A DNA stretch of 64,000 bases from the human T2T-CHM13v2.0 reference genome, Homo sapiens. Positions 1 to 18,199 of the stretch are shown one piece after another (the stretch's first letter is position 1; the number at the start of each line of letters is the position of its first letter). The notes under the pieces were generated by a model. That model had not been told where the DNA came from, searched no databases, and worked only from the letters and a program-made list of their open reading frames with translations. The translations under genes and the position numbers were made by a program. The stretch lies in assembly GCF_009914755.1 (NCBI RefSeq), contig NC_060947.1. One strand, given 5' to 3'.

Positions 1-769
1 AAAAAAAAAAAAAAAAAAAAAACTTCCTGGTGAAAATATGGAGTCAGGAAGGGCAAACTACCCGTTGCTCTAAGCCTGCCCCAGTGTCACAGAATTTATT
101 GACCATATTTTATCCCATTACCTACCTCCCTTTCCCCCTTTCTCTCCCTCCTCTTTACCCCCATCCAGTGCTGGAGACACTCTGCCCATGCTCCTCAGGC
201 TACCTTACCAGTCCTTCTGGCCCAGTCTCTGATTACCTCCCAATTTCCTAAGGCTTCCTCCTTTGCTCGGAGAGAGAGCCTCACATAGGCACCCCTGTCT
301 CTGGTAACACCACAGGACCTAGACAACTCCGGTTAGCAGGGGTGTGCTCCCCCTCCCTCAAAAGTAGGGAGGCTTGCAAATAGAAGGAAAGGGCTAGTGG
401 CATCTCTCTCAAGTGACATGGATTTCCATTCTCCTTCTGGATTGTGGCTTATTTCACTAAAAAGGGAGCCTTTAACGCCTCTTAGAAGAGTGGAATGCGT
501 TCTTCTCTCATGCCATGTAAATCTCTCATTTTTTTCTCATTCTGACATAAAGGCAGATAATGAATGCTGATTTGCCTTGTAATTTATGAGTTATTTGAAT
601 AAAGGTTGCTCCATGAAGATCTAAGAGGCATCAAGACAAGCTTCATATTTATATCTTGCTTCTCTTAATGCCTGGCTTTAAGTTTCATCAAAAGAGTTGT
701 GGGGCAGCCAAAGCAAACAGTAGGGGGAGTTATACTTTGCAAATTGTAGCTATGAGATAGGACTGGCCA

Positions 770-2040
770 ACTCTGGTAGAAGTTCAAACAGAATATGTCA
801 CTAAACAAATAACTACTACAACAAGCAGCAACAACAACAAACGCTCAGGAGGACAGAGAATCTGATTTCCAGGATGCCACCTTATAATATTCAAAATGCC
901 CAGTTTTCAACAAAAAATGTATGGGATCTGCAAAGAAATAGCCCATACAAAGGAAAAGAAAACAATCAATAGAAACTGTCCCTGAGGAAGGCCTGACGTT
1001 GGACTTTTTACACAAAGATTTAAATCAGCTATTTCAAATAGGTTCAAAGAGTGAAAGGAAACCATGTCTAAAGAACTACAATATGAGAGTGATATCTCAA
1101 TAAACAGAAAATATAAATAGAAATTATTTTAAAACAACCAAATAGAAATTTTTGAATTAAAAATATAATAACTAAAATGAAAAATTCACTAAAGATGTTC
1201 AATGGCGGATTTGAATGGGGAGAAGAAAGAATCAGCAAATTTGAAGATACTTATATTATCCAGCGTGAGAAACAGAAAGAAAAACGAATGAAGAAAAATG
1301 TCAGAGCCTCAGACACCTGTGGGACACCATCCAGCATAACAACGTACACTTAATGGGAGTTTCAGAAGGAGAGGAAAGGAAGAAAGGAGTATAAAGAATG
1401 TTTGAAGAAATAATAGGCAGAATCTCCCCAAATTTGATGAAAAACATTAACCTACACATCCAAAAAGCACCACCAACTCCAAGTAGGATAAACTCAAAAA
1501 TGTCCATATCTAGATACATCGTAATCAAACTGTGACAAGCCAAAGGCAAAGAGAATCTCATAAGCAGCAAGAGGGAAGTGACTCATCACATACAAAAGAC
1601 CCCCAATAAAATTAACAGTTGATTTCTCATCAGAAACCATGAAGACCAGAAGCCAGTGTGATGACATATTCAAAGTGCTGAAAGGCAAACAACTGTCAAC
1701 CAAAAATTCTATCCCCAACCAAACTGTTGTTTAAAATAAAGGAGAAATGAAGGCATTCCCAGCTAGATAAAAAGTGAGAGTTTGTTGCTAGGATATCTTC
1801 ACTACAAGAAATGATAAAGGGAATCTCTCAGGCTGAAATGACGGGACACCAGATAGTAGTTTGAATCCACAGGAAGAAAGAAAAGAACACCAGTAAATTT
1901 AATATTTAAAGGTAAATGTTAAAGATTTTAAGGTATTTTGTAACTCCCTTTTTTCCTATCTGATTGAAAAGACAATTGCATAAATCAATAATCATAAATC
2001 TATGTTGATGGGCACACAATGTATAAAGATGTAATTATGA
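770..2040 (+). mobile_element. Old L1M fragment (ORF1 region)
   Basis: A-rich plus strand with degenerate ORF1p-like translation near 1420 (PNLMKNINLHIQKA..PSRINSK) and the typical gatttctcatcagaaaccatgaagaccagaag motif. Confidence 0.85.
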
Positions 2041-2429
2041 TGCACATTTTTATAGATGAGGAAACCGAGAAATGGGGAGGTAGTGTACCTTTCCCAACAT
2101 CACACCTCAGTCAGGAGGCAGAGATGATATGCCTGTCTGATTGCAGAGCCCATAAGTTTAAACCCCTTGCTATGCTACTATGTAAGGAAGAGCCGTGGGC
2201 CTCTCCACGTGGCTGCTAGTTGGGCTGTTGGAGGAAACTCAAAACATCCTGCCTAAAAAGCTCCTTGAGAACAGTTCTTCCTTCATAGATTTCTCCTGTA
2301 TTCCTCACAGTGTCCCCAGCACAATGCTAGGCACACAACAGACACTCAATAATTCCAGTTGAATTGAGTTTCTCTAAAGTGACCTACTTAGTTAAGGGAC
2401 TTAAAAGAAGAGGTAGCTTTAGCAAGGAA

Positions 2430-2695
2430 ATGATAAGACTAGATACCATTCATTAAGTGCTTCCCATTGTACCCGGCACACAGGCACTCTGCTAAGTGTT
2501 TATATGTATTCAAGTTATCTAGATTTACCCACCTAAGAACCCTGTGAATTATGTACTATACTTATCTTGTTTTATAGAACGAGAAAACTGAGGCACCACG
2601 CATTGAGTAACTTATGAAAAGTGCCACAGCTAGTAAGTAGCAGAGCTAGAACACGACCCCAGACAGTCTGACTCCAGAGCCCATGCACTTTCCAT
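2430..2695 (-). mobile_element. MIR remnant
   Basis: MIR core: ttttatag..gagaaaactgaggcac...aagtagcagagctagaacacgacccagacagtctgactccagagccc. Confidence 0.7.
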
Positions 2696-2914
2696 TTGAC
2701 CGTGTCAGGGGCAGCTGAGACTTTTCCAGCTATAGTTTCCAAACGGGACTGACACTCAGAGCCAGGAGTATGATTTCAGGAGTGGCAGAAAGGTGCCTTC
2801 TCTCAATCTCTCTTTATTAATCCACCCACCTGCTGGCTGATGCCTGAAATTCCACTGTTGGGGTTCTTGTCCCCTGAAACAAAGGCCCAGAAAAGAGCAT
2901 ATGAGCCATTATGA

Positions 2915-3270
<356 letters not shown>

Positions 3271-3630
3271 CAGAGAGACAGTTTTGTTGTACACATGTGG
3301 ACAGCACATGAAGATGCACTCTGATCCAGGGGTGAAAGCACAAGCACATGAGGACCTGAAGGCTCCATATGAGAGAAAGGTGTGAGCTTGCACACTGCAA
3401 CAGACAAATGTTACCATTTTTGAGAGGGCCAGCCTTTGTCAAGAGAAAGTCATTGCTCTGGAAGCTCTTCTTCACAGCCAGCATTGAGTTTCTGAGAAGG
3501 AAAGTGTTTTATGTGAGAGTTTAGAGCAAGGTTTCCCAATGGGAGTGGGTGCTGAAATCCCTAGAGTTGTCTATTTACCACAGAATTCATTCATACTCAA
3601 TAGCTATGAATAATTACTCAAGATGAATTC

Positions 3631-3937
<307 letters not shown>

Positions 3938-6613
3938 TGATTGTCAATACTGTTATTGCTTCCTGGGAAATAACTCCTGTCTGACTGTAAAGTAAGAGAA
4001 AGGGGGCGAGGAAAGGATGGAGCCGCCTCTTGGTATGGAAGTTGCAGCTGAAGGAAACGGCAATGGGGGAAGTGCTGTTGCCTGGGCCTGGCTCTGTCCT
4101 TGATGGCTGTGTGACCTACAGCAAGTCTTTCTGGCCCTTCCTCTCATCTCCCTCAGCTTCACTTGCCTTCTATATGTTGATGGTGCCCATACCTGTATCA
4201 TCCTCCTAAAGCTCTCCTCTGAGTGACAGAGCTATTTTCCCACGTGAGGCTGAGAGCTCCTCCAGAGAACACTTATGAAAAGAAACATCCCTTAGTTTTA
4301 CACATTTATCTATAAGAATATGAATATTCCTGCAGCCTGACTTCACAACCTATGCTCTGTGCTACATTGTTTTTAATTCCAGCACCACTACTTTAGAGCT
4401 GTGCAACCGAGATGAATATGCCCGAGCATCAGTTTGTATCTCTATAAAATGGGGATATAATTGTACCTACCTGTCACATGAATGCTTTTCACTGTGCCTG
4501 GCACATATTTAATGCTCAATATAAAATGCTCAACTTTTGAAGGTGAATAAATGAGCAATGGTTGGATTTGATTCCCAAATTCATGTTTTTGTCAATAGAT
4601 TAGGTTCTTGCTCCATTTTTGAGACATTTAAATCAAATAATCAAATAAAAGTCCATTCAAGCATTAGCAACAGCCTTCTCATCTAGACTACAAGCTAGAC
4701 TACCCTAGGGGCCTGCTCATGAACTTGCAAAAGTACTTGGCCTAGCTGGAACTTCATGAATGCTATCTAGCAATATCGTAGGCCTACTACTGCCGGGGTA
4801 GAGCAGAGAGATTGGCACCATCTGACTGGAGACTCAGTGTGGTCTATTTGGTGGGATTTCTGGGGCATTGGGAAGCTCTGCCCCTGTTTTCCCAATCACA
4901 CCCTTCTGATTCCTGAAATTCCTAAAGTGTCTTCTGATAAGACTCAGTCCAAAAATATCTACACTATGAGTTCTTATCCCAGCACTATGGCCTCCATCCT
5001 TGGGAGCTTTTGCCTCCTTGAGACACCTGTCAATATACAAGTATAAAAAATTACCCGGGATTGATGGCAAACACCTGTAGTTCCAGCTACACGGAGGGCT
5101 GAGGTGGGAGGATCATTTCAGCCCAGGAGGTCGAGGCTGCAGTAAGCTGTGATTGCACCTGCAAGTCATGCCCCAGGATCTTACCAATGAACTCCCAACT
5201 TGTAGTTAATTCCTTAACAGGGCTTGACAGAGTGGGGGCACACAATGGCAACATGAACTAGAGGGATGCCTTCCATCAGTAAGGGGAGTTGTGCAGATGG
5301 AGGTGGGGGCTGGTGTGTACATCCTCTGACCCTACCTCACTGCATGCAGCCCTTGTGTCCCTTCCTCCAGATTTCCTAAAGCTCCAGACAGAAATTAAAT
5401 CCAGCATCTGAGAAGCCCAAGATTAGGCCATCAAGTCATATCAATTTGAGCTAATGGGTGCAGAGGAGGCTGTTCTACATGATGGACCATTTTTCAAAGA
5501 GATACAGTTTTATGACTGCCCAGCCGGTACAGTAGCATAGAACTAATAGCTAACCAAGGGCTGCCAAGTTCCAGGCCTGCCAGATCTGTTTTAATCACAA
5601 GATAAGAACCATTCATAATTAATGCATTTGGTCTGTATGTGGGCTCTACTACACTCCTCGCCAACAGTTTGTTCCCTGGGTTGTGATGAGCATGTGCCCA
5701 CGATGCTTACCCCATTTTTTAACAGGATCTCAAAAAAACCCCAATCTTTATGAAGCCCAGCCCCTGAAAAATGCTCTTAAATGCTGAGATAGGGCCATTC
5801 AAAGCAATGACTGAGGTTTGGCTGTTGCCAGGTTATCAAAAAGCACGACTGTGGGCGAGGAGAAACCTTGAGCTTTATTAGAATGAAACATCAGCCTCCT
5901 GAGTCAGGAACGGATCCTACCTTCCTTATCTGCAAGGAATATGTCCAATGTCCTTGCTGGGAATATGTACAACGTTACCCAAACATCAGCTGAACACATT
6001 GTTTTTGTGGGCATCAAGTGGAGAGTGGGAGGTAGTCAGAGAAGCCAGAGATGCAACTCTGTGGTTACTTAACCAGCTTGGAGTAAAAGACGTTCCCAGC
6101 AAGCTGGGAAGAGAGACGGCGAGGGGCCCACACCACTGCTTCCTAATACTGCTGGGAATAGACACCCACTGCTGTTTCCTCCCAGGAAAAGTGAATGAAC
6201 AACAAGGATCCTGTGTGCCTTCTCCTGCCATGGTACACACACTCACACACCCCCTCATACACAAGTCCTTTGTTGAGCCCTGAGGCAGGAAATGGGAAAT
6301 TCAAAAGGAAGAGCCTGAGAAACCATTTTATTTCATTTCAGGGGGCTTCTCACCATCCCTTGAAGGAGGCAGCCCCAAGTGATATAGACCAGAACCCCTC
6401 TCACAGAGTCTTAGTTCACATCCTAGATATAAAACAGAGAACTTCCGGGGCTTAGAAGTTTTGTCTGTTGGGGGAAATCTCTGCAGGCTCAAAAAGTAAC
6501 CCAGGGTTGGCCTTATGGGTGTGGTGGATTTGTGTTTCAGTGAAGTGAACACAGAAAAGAGGTGAGTATATATGTACACACAGAAATCACAGGAAAAAAC
6601 TCCAAAAACTCAC

Positions 6614-6698
6614 TTGTGCTAAGTCTTGAGGGCCAGTCCAGCAGAAAGATACTTGCCTTTCTCCTTCAGACTTCGTTGTCAGTCTCGTTTTCTTTGTC
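6614..6698 (-). other. PLAC1: 85-nt non-coding (5' UTR) internal exon, probably of the PLAC1 P1 transcript
   Basis: Acceptor tctccccgctactccacag|GACAAAG and consensus donor CACAA|gtgagt, purine-rich body, same strand as PLAC1. Gene assignment is by locus context. Confidence 0.65.
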
Positions 6699-9174
6699 CT
6701 GTGGAGTAGCGGGGAGATTTGGAGTTCATGAGGATGGACGCACAGGCAGTATGTGCCCCAAAGCCCTTGACCAGGCAGTAATGGGGGCCTCAGGAATAGC
6801 TAGGGCTGTTTCCTCAGAGAACTGGTCATGTGAAAGGACAAAGGCTTTGGATCCTCAAAGGGCAAGAGGATTCCAGATGGAGCAAAAGCTTAAAGGCAAA
6901 TCTGAGCAGGGTGGGTTGGCAGGGGTGCTGGGGATGAGGATGAGGCCTGGTTTGAACAGAAGGCTCAAGGCTGGGAGCAGTGAGAGGTGAGAGGGAAAAA
7001 AACCAGATTGTACTTGTCAGATACTGCAGGCTGTTGGCATGAGAGCGTTCACTGCCCTTCCCTTAGAAAAAAAAAGATGTTTGCAGACCGATGTGATTTT
7101 ATGAACTGCAAGCTTTAGGACCCTGTCTGTTTAGTGGCCTCACCTCTGGGGAATAAATCTCTTGTCTTCAAAGATCTGTAGGGGTCCTAGGAAACCTGAT
7201 TGAAGTTCTTTCCTGGATGAAACACAGTAAACCAGGACAACTGTGCCTGACATCCCACAAGTAAAACAAGGAGGTCTGTGCCTAGCTGTGCCTTGTTTGG
7301 GAGGGGAACATTCTGGAGGGAGCCACAACTCCCATCTGCTGCTCAGCCAGCCCTCTCAAATGTGTTGTTAGGTTGAAGGTTTAGAATAAATCCTCCACGT
7401 GAGTTTTCTCCAAACTCCATCCAGGGCAAACTTCCACACTTAGCCTGTTGTCCTCAGTCCATTGGCAATGACCTAGGCCTGATCTCAGAGGCAAAGCCTG
7501 GCTGGTTTCGGGAGAACTATTAGCACTGGGAACGCATGGGGCCGGGGGGCTCCCCACAGCTCAGCAGACCCAGTGCTCCCTTTCTCTGCTCTTGGGACCT
7601 GCAGGAGTTAAAATGCAGGCTTAGTCCCCCACTCCACACCTGCAGAGAGGACAGCAAGCCTAATCTGCCCCCAATGGCTGGCATACAGGGGCCTTATTCA
7701 CAATTCACTGTGTTTCAAGGCCTCTCACAGGCTGCTCTTCCATGGGCCTCTTTCTAATGACTTGCTACCGCGAACAGCCAGGCTGCTCTAATCTTGAAGA
7801 TAGGTCTGAACCTCCCTCCCTCAGCACATTTTTAAGGAATGGCGTTCCCTCCCCTCTCTCTTTTTTTTATCATCATCAAAATATATTCACAAAACACCCA
7901 CATCTCTGTCCATGCTATAAATCAGGGTGGGGAACCTCTGGCCCACAGCCCAGATCTGGCCCTCAGCTTGATTCATCTGGCATGTGGGGGATACTGTACT
8001 TACTGCCACAGCTGCAACCCAGAGAATAATGCCTCCCTCCCCACCACCTCCCACCCCCTGGACTGCTGGGGCCATCCCCTTCCAAATGGAGCCTCGAAAA
8101 TAGCCAGACTCAGATGGGGGGTGGTGGCTCCTGTGGCTATTTCAGTTGCTATTAAACAGGAAATGGGACTACAAAGCCAAGGAGGTGATTTTCATAATGA
8201 GAAAAGTCACCATTCTGTGACCATTTTACTAATTTCCAGGACTGGGCTGAGAAAGCATATCACCTATATTTTCTTGTTTAACCTTCCCAACCCTTTCGCA
8301 CTAAGAACTTTTGTTTTCATCTGGAGGGTAGGAAGCAGGGGCTCAGGAACCTGCCTAGTGCCACGGCTATAAGGAGCACAGCTGGGGATCAAATTCAGGC
8401 CCAGCTCACATCACAGCCTCTGTAACCAGTAGCAATCTCTGTAACCTTACTGGCTGCTGGATAACTTGGAGGTGCTTGCTCTTGCAATTTTTGTCTCATA
8501 TCTTTTGCTTGTCTCTGCAGTATATGCAATAACCATGTGGTTGTTCTGCAGTGACTATAAATTCTACTCCACTTACTTGTGTGACAACCTCTGCTCTAAA
8601 GATTTGTTAAAAAAAAAAAGAAAGAAAAGAAAAAAGAACTGGAGAAAGAATTAGAGGGTCGAAATAGTGTTTAACAGACTACTTAGAATTTTAAAAGGCA
8701 GTAAAGCTCTTCTCAAGTCCAGAGCCCAAAAAATGGATTTGCCAGGAGGAGTTTATCACAAATATTCCCCTTTTCTATTTGCTGATATAGGTCATGGCTA
8801 GCAGGGAAGAGAGAGAGAAAGCAAGAAAGAGAGAGGAAGAGAGAGAGAGAGAGAGAGAAAACACCCTTTGGTCTTACTCAGCAAGACACCTCTTCAAACC
8901 CTCCCATGGTATCTCAACTGGTACAACTCCTCATCTCCTAAAAGACTGCCTTGGGATGGCATCTCTGGACAGGTGAGCTGAAGCCCAAAATTTATGCCCC
9001 AACATAATATAGTATGTCTCTGGGCACCAAGAAAGAGGTTATAAATCCAGAATTACCCAGTAGTTGAAAGGCTAAAAACAAAAAGTGGGCAGTGGGTAAG
9101 TTCAGAGCCCCCAATGTCATATAATCTGTCTACCTTAAAAAAAAAAAAAAAAAAAGAAGAAGAAGAAGTAAAGG

Positions 9175-9588
<414 letters not shown>

Positions 9589-12500
9589 TCAGAGGGAAGT
9601 CTAGACTGATCCAGGAAAGAGGCAGCTGCTTAGTGACAGAGCCCCAAACCGCCCCCACCGCCCCGACTCCTGCTTCTTAAGGCCCAAGTGACCAGAGGTA
9701 TAGAATAAAAGAAAGGGTTGGCTGGGCCCCTGACCCCACCAACAGGGTGGTCTCTGAACCCGACAGCTGGTACAAACAGCCCTGGCAGTGCAATACTCCA
9801 AATGAGTACATCTTGTCCTCCCAAGATCCTTGGAAATCGAAGCTTTGCTATGCTCATTACTGAGAAGGCTCTGGCGCCCTTCAACCCATTTGTATCTCTT
9901 CAACCTCTCACTAAACATTTGTTGTCTGGCCGGCACAGCTGCAGGCTCCTAAAAGCCATGGCCCCAGACCTCTGGGAAGCTCCCCTGAAAGAGGTCAAGG
10001 TGAGGAGTATCCCGAAGGGCATTGTGTTTGATTCTAGAAGCAAGTGGACACCAGGACACCACAAGATTGATCACGAGAAATCCATGCCTCTGTTTTCAGA
10101 ACTTGCTTGCATCTTTCCCTATGTGGCACTCCAGAAGCCAGTAAGTTGGAGGAGTTTGATTCTACCCAGAGAGAAGTCTATGAAGACTGCAAGAGTCTAA
10201 GGAAGTAAATCAAAATAGCAGTGTATCTAGCAGCCCGGTGACCTATTTCCTGAATTGGATGTTGGAATCGTCTTCCCACAGAACAGCCAATTGTGATGTG
10301 TTAGTATTTTCATGCTGCGCAGCCCTCTGGCATGGAGGCGCTGCCCCATTCCTTCCCAAGGAAATTCCACTGCAGGCAATGTTATGATTAGTGGACTAAT
10401 AACACTTGTCGTTGGAACACTCAGACAAAGCTGCAATGTGGACTGGCCTCCAAGTCCCTTAATCACCTATTTCATCATCTCGACACTGAAGCCCTGGCAA
10501 TAGGGATGGACTTGTGGATCCCAATAATTAAGCAAAGGGACAGCTGCTTGCTTGCATGGGGATCTCCCTTCCTTCCATTCATAATCCCAAGCCAATCCGG
10601 GGTGTTAACTGGTGTGGTTACCACATCTAATACTGGATGGCAGCTAGAAAAAGAGACGCTGCAAGCTAATTCTGAAGCAAGTCACCTGCCTGTTCACTCC
10701 TAACATTCAGGCACACACATTTTCCTTGTGATTAGCTTGCTGGAGTTCTGGACAGGGGCCAGGGAAGAGGCCAGGAAGTGTGTGTGTGCTAATGCACCTG
10801 CCCCTAATTGGGAGCACCACTGATCCCCAACATTCTAGAGGTGTGCTCCATTACCCTTCCTTCTGACATTGCATGGGCAGTTGGAAAGGAGATCTGGAAG
10901 CTCTAACCATGCTGAGGTCGACGAAAAAGCTAGTTTGGCTTATGGGAAGTCAGGTGGGGGCGCCGAAAGGAAAGTCCACTCTATTCCTTTATTCTGGTTC
11001 CTTTTGATTGAACTTTGAACTAAATCAGAGTTAATTCGCTGAAGGCAAATGCTTATGGTGTTTGAATGAACTGATTTAGAAGTGAGCATGGATAAAAGGA
11101 GAATGGACAACACAGACAAGTAGGGGAGGGCGAGGCTGATGCAATCACAGAGGGAGGAAAAGAATCTTCAGGGACTTGCGGATTTCTCAGAACTGCCAGT
11201 TATCCTCACACCAGTGCACTTAACCTTCTTTGTGACTCTGAGAGCCATCGGGGCTTCTTGGCCACATCTTTGAGGGAAGACATAAACATATAAAGAGAAA
11301 ACTAAGACTAGAGAAAGGGGGAGAGTAGTGAGAGCAAGACAGAGAGGGTGAGAAAAAAGAAAATAAAAAGGAGAAAGGTCAATTATTGTTGGAAGGTGGC
11401 GTGTTAACAGCGATGTCTGCAAGCCCTTAGCAGAAGCACTGGAGCTCTGGGGTGCCTGGAACTGGCTTCAGGGAGAAGCACTTTCCCAGCGCACAGTATT
11501 CAATTATTTGAAACACATCAGCAGTTCTCTCGAAAACAAGACACAAGGCAGACAATCCTCAGCTATTTTATTCCCACAGATGTTCTGTTCTATCTCCAAG
11601 GTTCCTGACATAACTACACTGTTCATAGGGTTCAAACGGGCTCGTTCCCAGGGTGAGACAACTGCACCCAAGCCAACTGAGCAAATCCCAGGTTTCCAGC
11701 CCCCCTGGACCCAGGTACCCAGAGAGAAGAATTGCTTCTGCTCTCTTCCCCACCCTCTCTGGGAAGTACAAACTGTCCGGGTGACCAGACAGCTCATGGA
11801 GCAAAGGCTCAAACATTTTCTGGAAAAGTCCCACCCCAATGTCTTTCCCACTGACCTTTCCAAAATTCATTTGGCTTTGTTTTTGGGCTCCACAAGTTAT
11901 CTTCCAGGGGAGCCAGAGATGAGGCATTCCCAATGTGGGATTTAGAACTCTTCATTTCCACCAAAATGCCAGAGTAGAGTTGTGGGGCTGTTGTTTCTCC
12001 CTCATATTTAGACAATGATGCAAAACCTGTTGATTTGTTTAGACACAATTGTCCCTCAGCAGGACATATGGTATTCAACAGAATGGAATAATTAGGAGAT
12101 TTAAAAGAAATAATTATGTGGGAAAATATGGTTGGAGTCAAATATGCCTGGTAATCTATATGAGGAATTCTGGCTTAAAATGTGGGTAAAATTTATCATT
12201 GTAGATTCTGTTGCCTTGTTATCCTGAAGTATAACTCCTTATCGACAAGAGATGTTTCATATCGTGCTGTTAAAGACAAACATGATTTTTTAAGACTCGT
12301 GGGAACAGTGACATGAAATGTTCAGTTTATTTTCATCTCTTCCTGGGGAAACTGAAGTTCCTGGTGAAACAACTTTATGAGGCAATGGCTTAATGACACT
12401 AAATGGTTTTAAAAAAATAACACAGCAGGGTGGGAGTGTGTGTGAAAGGGACTGTTTTGTTAAATTGATTTTTTTATTCGACTTCGAGGTGACTTTGGCT

Positions 12501-12989
12501 TTTCATAGCTCAGGGTCCAAAAGTGGGAACTTTTTTTTGAAACAGACACTTCTTGAAATGCAAGCTTCATGTATAATGCCCTTTCCTAGGCAACATCGCT
12601 CCTATGCCTACACTAGTGAGGATAAGAGAGCCTGCCTTCAATGCTATCCCAAGCCAGCTGACTGCTAGAGCAAACAGGAAGCCTCAGTGCAGGGAGGAAG
12701 CTGGTTAATTCCAGCTAATGCTCTTGGCCACATGGCTTGCCTCTTGCCTCTCTCCATGGCCAATGCTACCAAGTTCTCTTTTACTTGTGTGATCTGACAA
12801 AGACAATGCAGCATGTTTTTGGGGTGTCCGTGCCAGAATGGCAATGTAGAATAAGATCTGCCCCTTTCGAAAGGTCTGGGCACCAGGAGAAATACTGTTT
12901 TTTGGATTAGTGGATTTGGGATTATTACATGCATTTTATTTAAGTGAGGCATTACTTAAATCTGGTCTCGATTTCAAAGATTAATTATA

Positions 12990-14340
<1,351 letters not shown>

Positions 14341-15330
14341 TATGATTCTATAATCCGGTTTCCAATTACCCACCACTTTGGGTAAACAGAAGCTAGCTTT
14401 ATGAGGTTTTATTGTTTATGTTTAAGACATGCTTCACAATAGCAGAGCCTTTTTACCAAATCAAAAAAGTATACCCGTAACGAATGTATGTTCATAGTCT
14501 TTCCCTCCACTGTAGTACGGTGAGGAGAACTTTGGAAGAAAAAATGTCAGAAGCAATGAGCAAACATCTAATTTTCATACTTTCCTTTTTGTTAAATTAA
14601 GTAGCAAGGTAGTTTAGGGGTAACAAGTCTCTGAGACAGGAACTGTCTGGAAATTTTGGATAAGGAATAGACATACCCAATCACCGAGGAGGGAGAGAGT
14701 AACAACACCCTATTTTTGCTAAAAGCAGTTCAACTGTGACCCCTTTGTGGTAAACAACCACGATAATAAGCCAAATCCTAACCCCACCTTATTTGGCAAT
14801 TTTGTAATGGGTGGGAGAAGCACTGTATATAGTTTGTCTGTTATTTAGAATGAGATGCAGAGATGGTGTCCTCTGTCTTGGAAAAAAAAAAAAAAAAAAA
14901 GAACACACTTGGCAGCCTATAAACAGTAAACCAGTGGAGGTTTCAGATTTTTCCAAAAGAATGAGATGCCTCCAAACCGAGCATGTTTCCCATTTTCCAC
15001 TCTCTCCAATCCCAGGCAGATGATTTTGAACGTGCACTCTCCTCTCACTGACTTGGAAGAAGTCAGCCCTTGCCAGAACTGTGGACTCAAGAAGAAAGCC
15101 AAGTGCAGATGGAAGTGGCTGTGGAGAGCAGGCCTAAATTCCCTCAGCAGGAATTACTGAGGAACAAAGCTGGCAGAGTGGGGATTTCAAACAGTCACAG
15201 GTGCAGGGGCTGGGTGGGGGATGGGCAGTGGGGAAGAGCCTTTTTCCACCCTCATGCAGTCAGTTCTCATGTATGGCTGTCTAAAGCAGGCCACTGCTGT
15301 CTAAATCCAGGTATTGAATATGTAAGTTCA

Positions 15331-15816
<486 letters not shown>

Positions 15817-17134
15817 TCAACTCTGAGAGGGTTTTTTTAAGTCCAAAGTAGGAATCAATAAAGTTTTGGCAATGGTCTCGGTGCTGACTTCCTTAAGGGG
15901 CTAAATTAGGTTCAAATTGATGACTCCTCTGTCCCCTCCTGCATTGGAATCCTCAAATGTGTGTGTTTTGTTCCATTTGGATGTCCTGTCTTTCCCCTTT
16001 TAGGGTGTAAGCTACAGCAAGGGCTGGTCCTCCTGTTTCTGTTGTCACCTTCTAGCTGTTGTCATCTACAGGCAGTTGTTAATGTAAAAAGAAAGAAGAA
16101 GGAAAGAAAGAGAGAGAGAAAGGAAAGAAAACAGAAACAGAAAGACAAGAAAATAAAAATGAAGACAGAAGTGAAATAGCACATGTTTCACAGCAGGCCA
16201 CTCTAGGATGGCCACAACAGTGACTTCTTCAGCAAGAAGAAAAACCATGCTCAAGGATTTGTTTGAGAGGGATAAATGTGAAATTACGGGACAAAGAGAA
16301 AGAAAAGTCCCACCTAGAAGATGTAACAAGAAAGGCAATGTTTGTGAGGCCAGATAATAACTAACTGACTTGAAAAGAAGTCAAAACATTAGGTAATGCA
16401 AAATTCTAAGCCTGAAACCTTGACTCTAACATATATTGCATGTTTTTTCCTAATTCAGTTTTGTCTGTATGACATTCCGGCCAAATGTTCTAACCAAAAG
16501 CCCTTGGGGAAAGACTGAACATGAGACAATAGTTCATAATTCAATTCCATCAGCATTCACTGAATGCTTACTATGTGCTCCACTTTCTGTTTGGTGCTGT
16601 GGGGAATGTGTAGAAAGCAGAAAATACAGTCAATGCCTGAAAGAAGCTTGTCATTTTATTGGGGGGTGGGGGAGAGAAGACTTCCAAACATAAAACAATT
16701 AAAATAATTTAATTAGAAAATAAAGACGTAGTAAAAAACCAAAAGAAACATAAGTTACAGCAAAGATGTATGGTTCAGGCAAGAATGAATAATTAAACAC
16801 CATAAAAATTCTGAAAACAGTAAGAAGAGGTCTGCAGGATACAAATAAGGTAGCCTCCTGGGATGTAGGGACAAGGCCAGCCAATGTCACTCTCCGAAAC
16901 AAGAAAAACTCTAGCCATCGATGCTATTAAGACTAGGGTACTATCTCAAAATCAGCAAGAGACTGAGAGTGGTTTCTAAAATCTCAACCACAAGGGATCA
17001 ATTTAAAGGGCTAACCAATACAAAATAAGTTATCTTGATCTGGTTGTGACGAAAGTTTTTGGTAACCGAACGTGAATACTGAATAAGGACATCTGGATTG
17101 TAAGACGTTCTCAGCAAGTGTGTGGCATTGTTTA

Positions 17135-17559
<425 letters not shown>

Positions 17560-18199
17560 TTAAAGAATAGTGGATACCCTAGAATTATATCAGGTGACCC
17601 CGCCACTTATTACCCACATAGCCTTGGGGACTGACTTCATTTCTCCAAGCCTCTGTTGCCACTGCTGTAAAATGGGAATTATCATAATACCTGTCCCCGC
17701 TGGGTTATAGTGAGGAGTCAATTAAGTAATAAATGTTGAGTGTTTAGCACAGGGCCAGCCACATAGCAAGGGCTCAGTATATTGTTTTTGTCCATCGGAA
17801 TAACGTCCTGATTGTCACTAAAGGCTAGATAAACTACTTATGAGTTTTGGCTTTGGACTCAGATCAGAGTCTACCTGTTGACTCTCTGTGCTCTGCTATT
17901 TACAAGCTACGTGACTTTGGGCAAACCAGGCTATTGGTTATTATTATTTTTGCAGTTTGCTATTTTTGTACTACCAGCCTGGGTTCCTAGGTACCTTGAT
18001 ACTGGGATTGGAAGTTAGAGGACACAAGCATTTCAGGTCCTGGAAAGACACATACTCCTTGTCATTGAATAAATTGGTGTTCCAGATTACAGTCTCTTCT
18101 GAGTCCAGTGTGTGTGTATCAGTCTCCCAGAGTCTCCACTGGGTGATCTGGGAGTCCCTGTCTCAAGGACAAGCCAGACTCTCTTGTCACCATCTACCT

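Noticed and set aside
7839-8372. 177-aa ORF, the longest in the track, and nearby 142-160-aa ORFs (6562, 9718, 11508)
   Set aside because: No recognisable domain or family similarity, ORFs overlap in several frames, and lengths are within chance expectation for GC-moderate intronic DNA.
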